From the NCBI GenBank assembly GCA_026002975.1, contig BPGJ01000003.1:80552-144551 (forward strand): a DNA stretch of 64,000 bases, given 5' to 3'. The translations under genes and the position numbers were made by a program. Each line of letters opens with the position of its first letter. The first letter of the stretch is position 1. This document shows, in pieces, positions 39,232 through 47,576 of this stretch. Origin of the DNA: Acidimicrobiia bacterium. Its GTDB lineage: Bacteria > Actinomycetota > Acidimicrobiia > Spongiisociales > ZC4RG35. The notes below the pieces were generated by a model, which did not search any database, was not told where the DNA came from, and saw only the letters and a list, made by a program, of their open reading frames with translations.

Positions 39232-39860
39232 AGTTCCAGCACCTCGTCGCAGACCCCGACGATGTCGGGGTCGTGGGTGGCGATGATCACTGTCCGTTGC
39301 TCGCCGGCCAGTTCGGCGAGGGTGTCCACTACGAGCTGGGAGGTGCGGACGTCCAGGTTTCCTGTGGGCTCGTCGGCGAGGATCAGATCGGGTCGGGCCA
39401 GCAGGGCACGGCATAGGGCGATCCGCTGTGCCTGACCACCCGACACCTCCCCCGGCTTGTGGTCGGCACGCAAAGCAACTTCGAATCTCTCCATCAGCTC
39501 TCGAGCCCGCCGCACCGCCTCACCTCGTGGGATGTCGTTGTAGAGGTGGGATTCGACGATGTTGTCGAGGACGGTGCGGGTGGGGTCCAGGGCAGCGTCC
39601 TGGAACACGAACCCCACCCTGGTCGCCCGGAAGCGAGACTTTCGCCCATCCGAGAGCCCACCCAGGTCGACATCACCAGCCCGCACCGCTCCCGACCACG
39701 GTGTGAGCAGCAGCCCGATCAGGTAGAGGAGGGTCGACTTGCCCCTCCCCGACGGGCCGGTGACCGCCGTCATCGCCCCCGGGGTGAAACGCCAGGTGAG
39801 GTCGGAGATGATGGGTTCGTCGCGCCGGTATCCGAACCAGACCGAGTCGAGGGTGATCAT
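39228..39860 (-). CDS. ABC transporter ATP-binding protein, copy 2
   Basis: 210 aa, with 2 amino-acid differences from copy 1 (R/G and K/E). Confidence 0.9.
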   Translation of the reverse strand: MITLDSVWFGYRRDEPIISDLTWRFTPGAMTAVTGPSGRGKSTLLYLIGLLLTPWSGAVRAGDVDLGGLSDGRKSRFRATRVGFVFQDAALDPTRTVLDNIVESHLYNDIPRGEAVRRARELMERFEVALRADHKPGEVSGGQAQRIALCRALLARPDLILADEPTGNLDVRTSQLVVDTLAELAGEQRTVIIATHDPDIVGVCDEVLEL

Positions 39861-40906
39861 CGCTGCGGAAGCAGGATCACCGTGCCCGGCTCGATTCCAT
39901 CCACCACTGCGATCCCCTGGGCCGACTCTACGATCTCCACCGGCACCTGGGTGCCGTCAGGACGGGTCACGAAGGGGTGGTTGGCCGGGTCGGTGCCGAT
40001 CGCAGCCACCGGAACCACCGGGCCGGTGGTGTCGGGGACGACTATCACATCGGCGCGGAAGCTGGTCCGTCCCTGGAGATCCACCCACCGGGCACAGTCG
40101 TCACCACACACCGATCCCCCATCAGCCCCGACCAGGAACAGGTCGAGCTGACCCGTCTGCGGGCTTTCCACAGCCCGGTCGATAAGAGCATCCCACACAC
40201 CCCCGGAGTAGTGGACTCGAACCTGACCCGTCAGCGGAACCAGGGCGGCCTGTTCCACGGCGAGGGGAATCCGGAAAACCGGGTCATCGGGAACGAGGAG
40301 GATCGCCGTCTCCCCTCCCCCAACCCTGGCGCCCACACTGAGATCTTCCGCCACGGCGATCCGCGCCGGGAGAGCCGGCACGAAGACGAGATCCCCCGCC
40401 TCCACCACCCCCGTATCCTCCACTCCCAGGGCTCTCTGCCACACCCGCACCGCGGTCCGGGTGGCGGTGCCGTACCAGCCATCGGCATCACCGGAGTACA
40501 AGCCGAGGTAGGCGAGCAGCCGCTGCAGCTGAGCCACGTCAGCCCCCCGATCCCGCAGCCGCAAAGACCGGAACATCGGGACCTCACCCTCGGCGACCAC
40601 CACGGGACGGAGATTCACCGTATAGACGGCTTCGCCAGGTCCGACCACGTCCCCGGGCGCGACCTCCACCGAAGTGACCACCCCGGCGGCCGAGTTGAGC
40701 CCGGCCGGGACCAGAGACCATTCCGCCACGGCGGTGAAACTAAACGACCGGCCTACCGTCCCCACCTCCACGACATATGTGAGAGGGGTCGAATCTTCGA
40801 CAAGGGGGTTGGCGGGAGGTTCCAAAGCCACCCGCCCCGCCCAATAGCCGGCTGCTCCCGTGGCGACGAGCAGAAGGGCCAAGCCGGCGATGCGCAAGAG
40901 CCTCAT
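39857..40906 (-). CDS. PG-binding membrane-fusion adaptor, copy 2
   Basis: 2 amino-acid differences from copy 1 (A/V and V/A). Confidence 0.7.
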   Translation of the reverse strand: MRLLRIAGLALLLVATGAAGYWAGRVALEPPANPLVEDSTPLTYVVEVGTVGRSFSFTAVAEWSLVPAGLNSAAGVVTSVEVAPGDVVGPGEAVYTVNLRPVVVAEGEVPMFRSLRLRDRGADVAQLQRLLAYLGLYSGDADGWYGTATRTAVRVWQRALGVEDTGVVEAGDLVFVPALPARIAVAEDLSVGARVGGGETAILLVPDDPVFRIPLAVEQAALVPLTGQVRVHYSGGVWDALIDRAVESPQTGQLDLFLVGADGGSVCGDDCARWVDLQGRTSFRADVIVVPDTTGPVVPVAAIGTDPANHPFVTRPDGTQVPVEIVESAQGIAVVDGIEPGTVILLPQR

Positions 40907-41385
40907 AGCTCCGACAGCTTCGGGAACAGCGGGGCCAGCCGAGTCCAGCGGCACTCATGCGTCAGGTGTGCGGCTTCCTTGAGCTCGGCGAGGCGGCGCC
41001 GGATCTGTCTTCCCGAGTAGCCGATGAGCTCCGAAGCCTCCTCTGGGCTCACCCCATTGGCGGCCAGAGCCACAATCCTCCATTCGAGCTCGCGTGCCCC
41101 GAGGTCGCTGGGACGGAACAGTGAGTACACCCGACTTCCAGAAGCAATGCTCACCAAGTGGCCCACTCCGATCTCCTCTGCCCGCAAGATACCCGCCACG
41201 TCCAAGTCACAGAGGGCCTTGAGAACTGCGGGCAGCCCAGAGGGAATGAACGCCACCGGATCGGATGCCATTGCAGCCACCTCGACCCTGTCGGTCACCA
41301 CAACGTCGGACTCTGCCGGAATGTTGGTGGGCAGCCTGGAGGCGAGGGCGGCGGCCAGCTCGGGGTTGCGGACGCTGATGATCAC
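40903..41385 (-). CDS. HTH regulator (LuxR/GerE-like), copy 2
   Basis: GTG at 41385 equals 31831 + 9554. N-terminus is VIISV, against VIINV in copy 1. Confidence 0.55.
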   Translation of the reverse strand: MIISVRNPELAAALASRLPTNIPAESDVVVTDRVEVAAMASDPVAFIPSGLPAVLKALCDLDVAGILRAEEIGVGHLVSIASGSRVYSLFRPSDLGARELEWRIVALAANGVSPEEASELIGYSGRQIRRRLAELKEAAHLTHECRWTRLAPLFPKLSEL

Positions 41386-41431
41386 ACCGCCCACTCCGGC
41401 CCCCTTTCCTCGGCGATCGCACGTGATTTTA

Positions 41432-42813
41432 GGAGACTGCGCGCTGACGTGGGGAGGCGCCTGCCGGTGACAATGCCTGGAAGGTGACCGAAGCCCCTCG
41501 ATACTCGGTGATGAGAAGTCGCCGAGTGAAGGAGGGGCTCCGATGAGTCCGGATGCTATGACGGTACGCCTGCATCTCCGCAGGATTCGTGTGGTGGATG
41601 TGACGGTGGATCTGCCCGAGCGCCTGGAGGTGGTGGTGGAAGACACCCGCCGGGTGGTGCGGTGCCCTCACTGTGGATTCAGGACCACCAGGGTGCATGA
41701 CCGGCGCCGCGTCCGGGTCCGGGATGTGACCTTTGGGGGAAGACCGACGGTGCTGATCTGGCTGCGTCGACGGCTCACCTGTGAGGACTGCTCGGGGCGG
41801 TTCTTGGAGGAGCATCCCGAGTTCGTTCTCGGACGGGTCAGCCACGTGACCCGCCGCCTGGCCCGCACCCTGGTCCGAGATGTCAACCGGCTTCCCATCC
41901 GGGAGCTGTCCCGCCGTTGGGGTCTCGGCTGGCATTTCATCATGGGGCTGGTGGCCTCCTGGTCGGAGTTGGTGGTGGCGGAGCGGCGTCGCCGCCGCTG
42001 CCGGGTCCTCATGGTCGACGAGACCAGCCTGCGTCGTCGCCACCGGTATGTGACGGTGCTGATCAACGGGGAGACCGGGGAGGGCCTGGGGGTGGTCAGA
42101 CACCGAAACAGCCAGGCGTTGTCGGGGTTCTTCGCCTCCCAGGGCCACCGCTGGTGTCGGGGAGTGCGGGTGGTGGTGACCGACGGCTCGGAGGCCTACC
42201 GGGCGGCGATCCGATCCCACTTGGGTCACGCCACTCATGTGGTCGACCGGTTTCATGTGGCTCGCTGGTTCGCCTCCGCCCTCATCGAGGTGCGGCGTAG
42301 GATCCAGCGGATCGGGCCCCACGGTTCTCGGCCTGCCTACGACCCAGACGTGTTCCGATCCCGCTACTTGCAGCTGAGACGAGAGGACCGCCCTCGACGA
42401 GGAAGCGAGGAACCGCCTCGAACCCGTCCTTGCCGCCCACCCCGAGCTGGCTCACGCCTGGACCCTCTACCAGCACCTCCACCGCATCTACCTAGCCGAG
42501 GAAGATGAGCAGGCCAACCAGGCTCTGGGAGACTTCATCGCCGGCTACCGAGACCGCTCCCTCCCCGAGTTCGACCAGGTCATCGGCGCCCTCCTCGACT
42601 GGGGAGACGAGATCTTCGCCTTCCACGACACCGACCGGGCTACCAACGGCCGTCTCGAGGGCACCAACGCCAAGCTGGGTGTGCTCAAGAGGATCGCCTA
42701 CGGGTTCGTCTCCGCCACCAACTTCGGCCACCGAGCCCTCCTCCTCACCCCAGGAGTGGCAACATGAGCAAGCCGAGTGACGAGGGACCCATCCCATGTC
42801 ACCGCGCGGAACC
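41432..42813 (+). mobile_element. ISL3-family insertion sequence (~1.38 kb) with imperfect terminal IRs and a 7-bp target duplication
   Basis: Left end GGAGACTGCGCGCTGACGTGGGGAGG; the reverse complement of the right end is GGTTCCGCGCGGTGACATGGGATGGG. Flanked by gatttta at 41425-41431 and 42814-42820. Copy 1 has the uninterrupted site. Confidence 0.8.
41543..42767 (+). pseudogene. ISL3-family transposase with one frameshift near 42385
   Basis: Zn-ribbon N-terminus (CPHCGFRTTRVHDRR...LTCEDC) and the DDE region (MVDETSLRRRHRYVTVL, VVTDGSEAY) lie in ORF 41543..42508. The C-terminus LDEEARNRLEPVLAAHPEL...TNGRLEGTNAKLGVLKRIAYGF is in the next frame. Confidence 0.8.
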
Positions 42814-42820
42814 GATTTTA

Positions 42821-42831
42821 GGGGGGGGGGG
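42821..42831. repeat. homopolymeric G11 tract (counterpart of G9 at 31879)
   Basis: Read directly: gatttta-ggggggggggg-tcggttgaagatg. Confidence 0.95.
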
Positions 42832-42993
42832 TCGGTTGAAGATGTCGAGAAGTGGACATCGCTGCTGGGTATGTTGACGCGGGAAGGCTAAAGGGGGTGA
42901 TACAGCCGAGGGTTTGATGGAGGAGACGATCCGGCGGCGTCGGTACCGGCGAGAACTCGATCCCGACGCCACCAGACCAGGAGGTAAGAGTAG

Positions 42994-43866
42994 ATGTGGA
43001 GAGGGAGAACATGGGGGCTCGTCTCCTGGGTGACGGCGCTCTCGATGTTGGTTCCGGGAATTGCGGGAGCAGCCAGCGAATCGGAAGTCGTTCTGGCAGA
43101 GAATCCGGACGTACGGGTCATTCAGAAGGGCGACTGGGTGATCTGGGATTTCACCGAGGAGCTACCGAACCCCGAGACTGTGACTGTCAAGGGGAGCCTG
43201 CTTCCGTCCGGTGAGTGCTACTACGCAAGGTCTGTGACCTCAGACGGGTCAACGATCCCCGGGTATTTCCGGATCTACCGCGAGGTGGCACACAATGCGT
43301 CGGACTGCATTCTCAGACTCGAGGCAGCAAATCTGCCACTCCGAAGACTCGGCGAGTTCGACGGTTCGGAACCTGACAGCGTCTCGGTTTCTGAGAGCTT
43401 CCTAGTGAACTCGCCCATCGAAGCAAGCATGACTGGCGGTGGCGAGCAGTTCGCCGCGACGTCAACAACGTCCACTGCCTGGTTCAAGTCCGTATATGAG
43501 GATCCGATTGAGATCGACGTCAACAGCGTCAAGGTGAATCTCCAGTGGACGTGGAATGGGTCCTGTGTGACTTCGAGCACGAACCACTCGGCAGTGTGGT
43601 ACTGGTTCGAGGGCACAGGCTGGTTCCTGAAGTCGAAGTCGGGAAGCGGCGGCCGGACTTGCTCGTCTGCCTACACGAAGGCGACTGGTGAGTTTTGGAA
43701 TTGGACCTGGGGAGACGACTCCCTCTTGACTTGGACGAAGCACACAGACACGAAGATCAGCGGGCTCGCAAACGGGTCGATCACGGTCTCTTGGAACCTG
43801 ACAAAGGGTGGCGAGGACAGCGGGTTGTTGCACACCGACTTCGTATGCTCTTGGACATCGTGTTGA
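42994..43866 (+). CDS. secreted Trp/Cys-containing protein, unknown function (cargo B1)
   Basis: AGGAGG lies 9 nt before the ATG. Signal peptide (LVSWVTALSMLVPGIAGAAS). Beta-rich, Trp-rich C-terminal half (VNLQWTWNGSC...WYWFEGTGWF...FWNWTWG). No family recognised. Confidence 0.6.
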   Translation: MWRGRTWGLVSWVTALSMLVPGIAGAASESEVVLAENPDVRVIQKGDWVIWDFTEELPNPETVTVKGSLLPSGECYYARSVTSDGSTIPGYFRIYREVAHNASDCILRLEAANLPLRRLGEFDGSEPDSVSVSESFLVNSPIEASMTGGGEQFAATSTTSTAWFKSVYEDPIEIDVNSVKVNLQWTWNGSCVTSSTNHSAVWYWFEGTGWFLKSKSGSGGRTCSSAYTKATGEFWNWTWGDDSLLTWTKHTDTKISGLANGSITVSWNLTKGGEDSGLLHTDFVCSWTSC

Positions 43867-43891
43867 AGGCCAGATAGAGGAGGGTGTGACC

Positions 43892-44353
43892 GTGGATCGC
43901 GAGTTGGGACTTGCCCTTGCCGCCACCGGCGTCGTCGTCGTATTGGCCGAGATCGGGGGACTTGGGACACGATTCCCCAAGTGGATTCAGACGATTGTCA
44001 GGCTCCTCAGCTTTGGAGTCGGTCTGATCCTCTTTGTAGTCGGGGTCTTCGCGGTCGTTGCTGAAACCTTCTCGGGTCCGACTACCGAACCATCGCGGCT
44101 TGTCTGGGCCGTTCCCGTGGTGGTGACGGTTGCTGGAGGTTTGCTCGTGTGGGGATCGGAACGATGGGAGGGTCAACAGGCAGCTTGGCTGCGAAGGAGC
44201 GGCTGGGTTGTGTCGATTGCAGGCGTTTCCCTGACCGCGCTGTCGGATCTCTATCTCCTGGTAGCAATCGTGATGGCTCCAAGCCTGCTGACCTTTTCGT
44301 CGCCTGGTGAAGTGGAATCAGCGGGCCGTCGTGGAAGGGTTACAGCCTCTTAA
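43892..44353 (+). CDS. 4-TM small membrane protein (cargo B2)
   Basis: GTG lies 7 nt after GAGGAGGG. 153 aa with four hydrophobic helices. The ORF-track N-terminal extension overlaps B1. Confidence 0.5.
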   Translation: MDRELGLALAATGVVVVLAEIGGLGTRFPKWIQTIVRLLSFGVGLILFVVGVFAVVAETFSGPTTEPSRLVWAVPVVVTVAGGLLVWGSERWEGQQAAWLRRSGWVVSIAGVSLTALSDLYLLVAIVMAPSLLTFSSPGEVESAGRRGRVTAS

Positions 44354-44410
44354 GGACTTATCGAGACATCGCGAATCCGTGGGGTGGAGCCTTTGACCTG
44401 GAGTCTTGAA

Positions 44411-44681
44411 GGGCCTACACGAAAACGTGGGAGCAGAGCACCGATTGGACCGTGACCACCAACGGTGCGCTGTACAATGCATCCACCGACTGCGTCTATA
44501 TGCCTGTGTGAGAGCCGTTGTGCACGACGCGCCCACCAGCACCTGGCTCGCCAGCTATCCCAATGGCAGCGAGTGGAAGACCCGCACTACCACGACGAAT
44601 CTGACTAGCACGTCGTGGCGGGTAACAACGGATGGCGCATTGAGCGACTCCGGGACCTACGCGTTCTGTTGGGGGACATGA
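44411..44681 (+). pseudogene. remnants of two small-secreted-protein modules (A3 family)
   Basis: 44411..44523 is ~95% identical to the 3' end of A3 but lacks the 5' half. It is followed in the overlapping frame by VRAVVHDAPTSTW...TSTSWRVTTDGALSDSGTYAFCWGT*, a diverged second copy without a signal peptide. Confidence 0.5.
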
Positions 44682-44751
44682 CTGCCCATTCGGCGGGCTG
44701 CGGTGTCGCCAGGCTCAAGCCAGGCGACACCGCGCGTCGTCTCGCTCGACG

Positions 44752-45474
44752 GTGATGCTTTTCGGGTGGACTGTGATGGGGGTCATCGTGATGGTTCTGG
44801 CAGCCGCGTGCACACAGCCGAGCGCCGATCGCAACGTCACCACTCTCGGGAGCAGCCTCCTCGAAGGCAACACCGATGAATCGCGAACGACGACCACCGC
44901 CACGGCTCAGGCATCTTCCACCTCGCAACCCGAGCAGTCAGCTCCGGATTCGAGAACCGAAGGCGTTGCTCCCATCACCGGGTACGGGGACTTCTCGGAC
45001 CGGCCAGCGTTCGAGGTGGACTGGTATCGGGTGTCGGAGCTGGTGGTGGAGCGCATGAACGACCAGGGATTCCCTGCCGCGCTGATCCCCCCGGGGGATG
45101 GGATCTCGGTGGCCGAGATCCCCCCCGAGCAGCGAAGCGCTGCAGAGGAGGTGTTCGACGCCTGCTACGCCGGGTTGAACCTGCCTCCGCAGCAGCCCCT
45201 CGACGACGAGCAGATCGCCGAGGTCTACGCCTACCGGCTGGCGGTGGCGGACTGCCTGCGGGCTGAGGGCTACCAGGTGCCGCCGGCGCCGTCGCTGGAC
45301 ACCTTCATCGAGGAGTGGGCCACCGGACCCTGGAACCCATATGAGTCGGTCGACACCTCCGGCGCGTCCTGGGAAGGCATCCAGATGCGGTGCCCACAGT
45401 CGCCGGCAGGCGGCTACGGCGCCTGGGATCCAGGCGACCCGATCCGCCCCCTCAACCCGCCACGAGAGCAGTGA
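44752..45474 (+). CDS. lipoprotein, unknown function (cargo B3), paralogue of cargo A4
   Basis: Lipobox VLAAAC and a Ser/Thr-rich linker. The C-terminal domain aligns by eye with A4 (DCLRAEGYQVPPAPSLDTFIEEWATGPWNPYE against ACLEREGYEVPPPPSIDSFVESQGSNWHPYD). Confidence 0.6.
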   Translation: MMLFGWTVMGVIVMVLAAACTQPSADRNVTTLGSSLLEGNTDESRTTTTATAQASSTSQPEQSAPDSRTEGVAPITGYGDFSDRPAFEVDWYRVSELVVERMNDQGFPAALIPPGDGISVAEIPPEQRSAAEEVFDACYAGLNLPPQQPLDDEQIAEVYAYRLAVADCLRAEGYQVPPAPSLDTFIEEWATGPWNPYESVDTSGASWEGIQMRCPQSPAGGYGAWDPGDPIRPLNPPREQ

Positions 45475-45622
45475 CGGCGAAGACGATCGGGGTTGTCTCT
45501 TCTCCAACAGGTTCGGGACGAAAGGCCAATCGGTGCGCATTGCGTCCCGTTCCCGTCGACCACCGTGGACGACGGGATCTACGCCAACACCCTGCTCCAC
45601 GGTGGTCATGTGCCCCGGCCGG

Positions 45623-45649
45623 CTGGGGGGCGCTCACCGCGCCCCCCAG
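45623..45649. terminator. GC-rich hairpin shared by convergent cargo B3 and lrp (overlaps the lrp stop codon)
   Basis: ctggggggcgc-tcacc-gcgccccccag: an 11-bp perfect stem and 5-nt loop. It is also present in the two upstream repeat copies. Confidence 0.6.
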
Positions 45650-46107
45650 TCGTAGGTCTGTTTGACCAGCCGGAGGTAGCTGAAAACCTCGGAGGAGACC
45701 ACTCCGTCGACGGTGCGGATCTGGTTCAGGACATCGAGGAAATGCTCGGTCGACTCGCAGACGATCTCGGCGAGGAGGTCGAACCGGCCGGTGGTGATCA
45801 CCAGGTAATCGACCTCTTCGATGGCCGAGAGCTTGGAGGAGACCTGCTCGAGGTCGCCTTCGATACGCAGACCCACCATTGCCTGGATGTCGAAACCGAG
45901 CGATATCGGGTCGGTCACCGCCACGATCTGCATCACCCCGTCTCTGACCAGGCGCAGGACGCGTTGCCGGACCGCTGCCGGTGACAGTCCCACCGTGGAA
46001 GCCAGCTCCGCATACGACATCCGGCCATCCTCCTGGAGGAGGCGGATGAGCGCCTTGTCGACCTCGTCGAGCCGGGGTCGGGGAACGGTCCGGGATGGGG
46101 CCCGCAT
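45634..46107 (-). CDS. Lrp/AsnC family transcriptional regulator
   Basis: I chose the start MRAPSRTVPRPRLDEVDKALIRLLQEDGRMSYAELA. HTH plus a RAM-like C-terminal domain. Divergent from gabT. Confidence 0.85.
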   Translation of the reverse strand: MRAPSRTVPRPRLDEVDKALIRLLQEDGRMSYAELASTVGLSPAAVRQRVLRLVRDGVMQIVAVTDPISLGFDIQAMVGLRIEGDLEQVSSKLSAIEEVDYLVITTGRFDLLAEIVCESTEHFLDVLNQIRTVDGVVSSEVFSYLRLVKQTYDWGAR

Positions 46108-46226
46108 TGGTTCCAGTATCACTTGCCATGGACTCCGGCGCAAGCGATACTGATGCTTCTGATGGTTTTCACGATCGATTCGGCTGATTTCCTCCAAATC
46201 CGCTATCGAACCGACAGGGTCGGTGT

Positions 46227-47576
46227 GTGATGCCGTCGATCAGGCTGGTCACCGAGATTCCGGGTCCCAAGAGCCGGGAGATCGTCGCGCGGCGGGAAGC
46301 CGCCATGCCCCATGGCGCGGCCAAACTCACACCGATCGCGGTCGACTACGGCCACGGTGCGGTGGTGGTGGACGCAGACGGGAACCACCTGATCGACCTG
46401 GCCGGGGGTATAGGCGTTCTGGCAGTCGGCCACACCCCCAAGGCGGTGGTGGACGCCATCGAGCGCCAGGCCCGCAGCCTGATCCACATGTGCGCGATCG
46501 TCGCCACCTATGAGCCGCTGGTGGAACTGGCAGAACGGCTCAACGCCCTCCACCCGGGCGAGTTCCCCACCAAGACGGTCTTCATGAACAGCGGTGCCGA
46601 AGCGGTCGAAACCGCGGTCAACATCTGTCGAGCTCACACCGGACGTCAGGGGGTGGTGGTGTTCGAAGGCGCCTACCACGGCCGAACCAACCTGACGATG
46701 GCGATGACCTCCAAGTTCAACCTGTTCAAGAAGGGGTTCGGTCCGTTCGCCCCCGAGGTGTACCGGTTCCCCTTCCCCAACCCGTACCGCCGACCTCCCG
46801 GGATGAGCGAGGACGAGTACGTGGCGTGGCACATCGACAACCTCGACCACTGTTTCACGGCCATCGTCGATCCCACCCACGTCGCCGCGATCGTGGTCGA
46901 ACCGGTGCAAGGGGAGGGGGGGTTCATACCCGCGCCGGCGGCCTGGCTGGCCCGCCTCCGAGAGATCGCCGATCAGTGGGGGATCGTGCTGGTGGCAGAC
47001 GAGATCCAATCCGGCATGGGCCGAACCGGGAAGGTCTGGGCGATCGAGCATTCGGGGGTGGTGCCCGACCTGATCCTCACCGCCAAGTCGCTGGCCGCGG
47101 GGATGCCGCTCTCGGCGGTGATCGGAAGAGCCGACATCATGGATGCCCCACACCCGGGCGGCCTCGGCGGCACCTACTCGGGCAACCCCCTCGCCTGCGT
47201 CGCCGCCCTGGCCGCGGTCGAGCAGATCTCCGACCCGCAGTTCCTCCAGAGATCGGCCGAGGTGGGCCGCTGGATGAGGACCCGGTTGGAGGAGATCGGC
47301 GCCGCCAGCCCGGGTCTGGTCGGCGACGTCCGGGGCCTCGGCTCGATGTTGGTGTTGGAGCTGGTCAAAGACCCCGAAACCAAAGAGCCGTGGATGGAGG
47401 CCACCGCCCGGGTCTGTCACGAGACCCTGCGCCGAGGGGTGATCACCATCCGGGCGGGCCTCTACTCCAACTGCGTCAGGTTCCTGCCTCCGCTCACCAT
47501 CACCGACGACCAGCTCGCCGAAGCCTTCGACGTGGTCGCCGAGGCGGTCGCCGTGGTCGAGAGGGAGGGTCCGTGA
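46227..47576 (+). CDS. gabT: 4-aminobutyrate aminotransferase (class III PLP aminotransferase)
   Basis: 449 aa. GabT-like N-terminus (EIPGPKSREIVARRE), GAYHGRT, DEIQSGMGRTGK and TAKSLAAGMPLSA. Confidence 0.8.
   Translation: MMPSIRLVTEIPGPKSREIVARREAAMPHGAAKLTPIAVDYGHGAVVVDADGNHLIDLAGGIGVLAVGHTPKAVVDAIERQARSLIHMCAIVATYEPLVELAERLNALHPGEFPTKTVFMNSGAEAVETAVNICRAHTGRQGVVVFEGAYHGRTNLTMAMTSKFNLFKKGFGPFAPEVYRFPFPNPYRRPPGMSEDEYVAWHIDNLDHCFTAIVDPTHVAAIVVEPVQGEGGFIPAPAAWLARLREIADQWGIVLVADEIQSGMGRTGKVWAIEHSGVVPDLILTAKSLAAGMPLSAVIGRADIMDAPHPGGLGGTYSGNPLACVAALAAVEQISDPQFLQRSAEVGRWMRTRLEEIGAASPGLVGDVRGLGSMLVLELVKDPETKEPWMEATARVCHETLRRGVITIRAGLYSNCVRFLPPLTITDDQLAEAFDVVAEAVAVVEREGP

Larger units (their letters stand above)
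38123..41431. repeat. ~3.3-kb direct repeat, copy 2 (continues at 42814..42844 after the ISL3 insertion)
   Basis: See copy 1; offset is 9,554 bp. Confidence 0.95.

Noticed and set aside
28570-42844. Possibility that the large direct repeats represent a CRISPR array or a prophage
   Set aside because: The repeats are 3.3-kb protein-coding modules 9.5 kb apart, not short repeats with spacers. I found no cas, capsid, terminase, portal or integrase genes.
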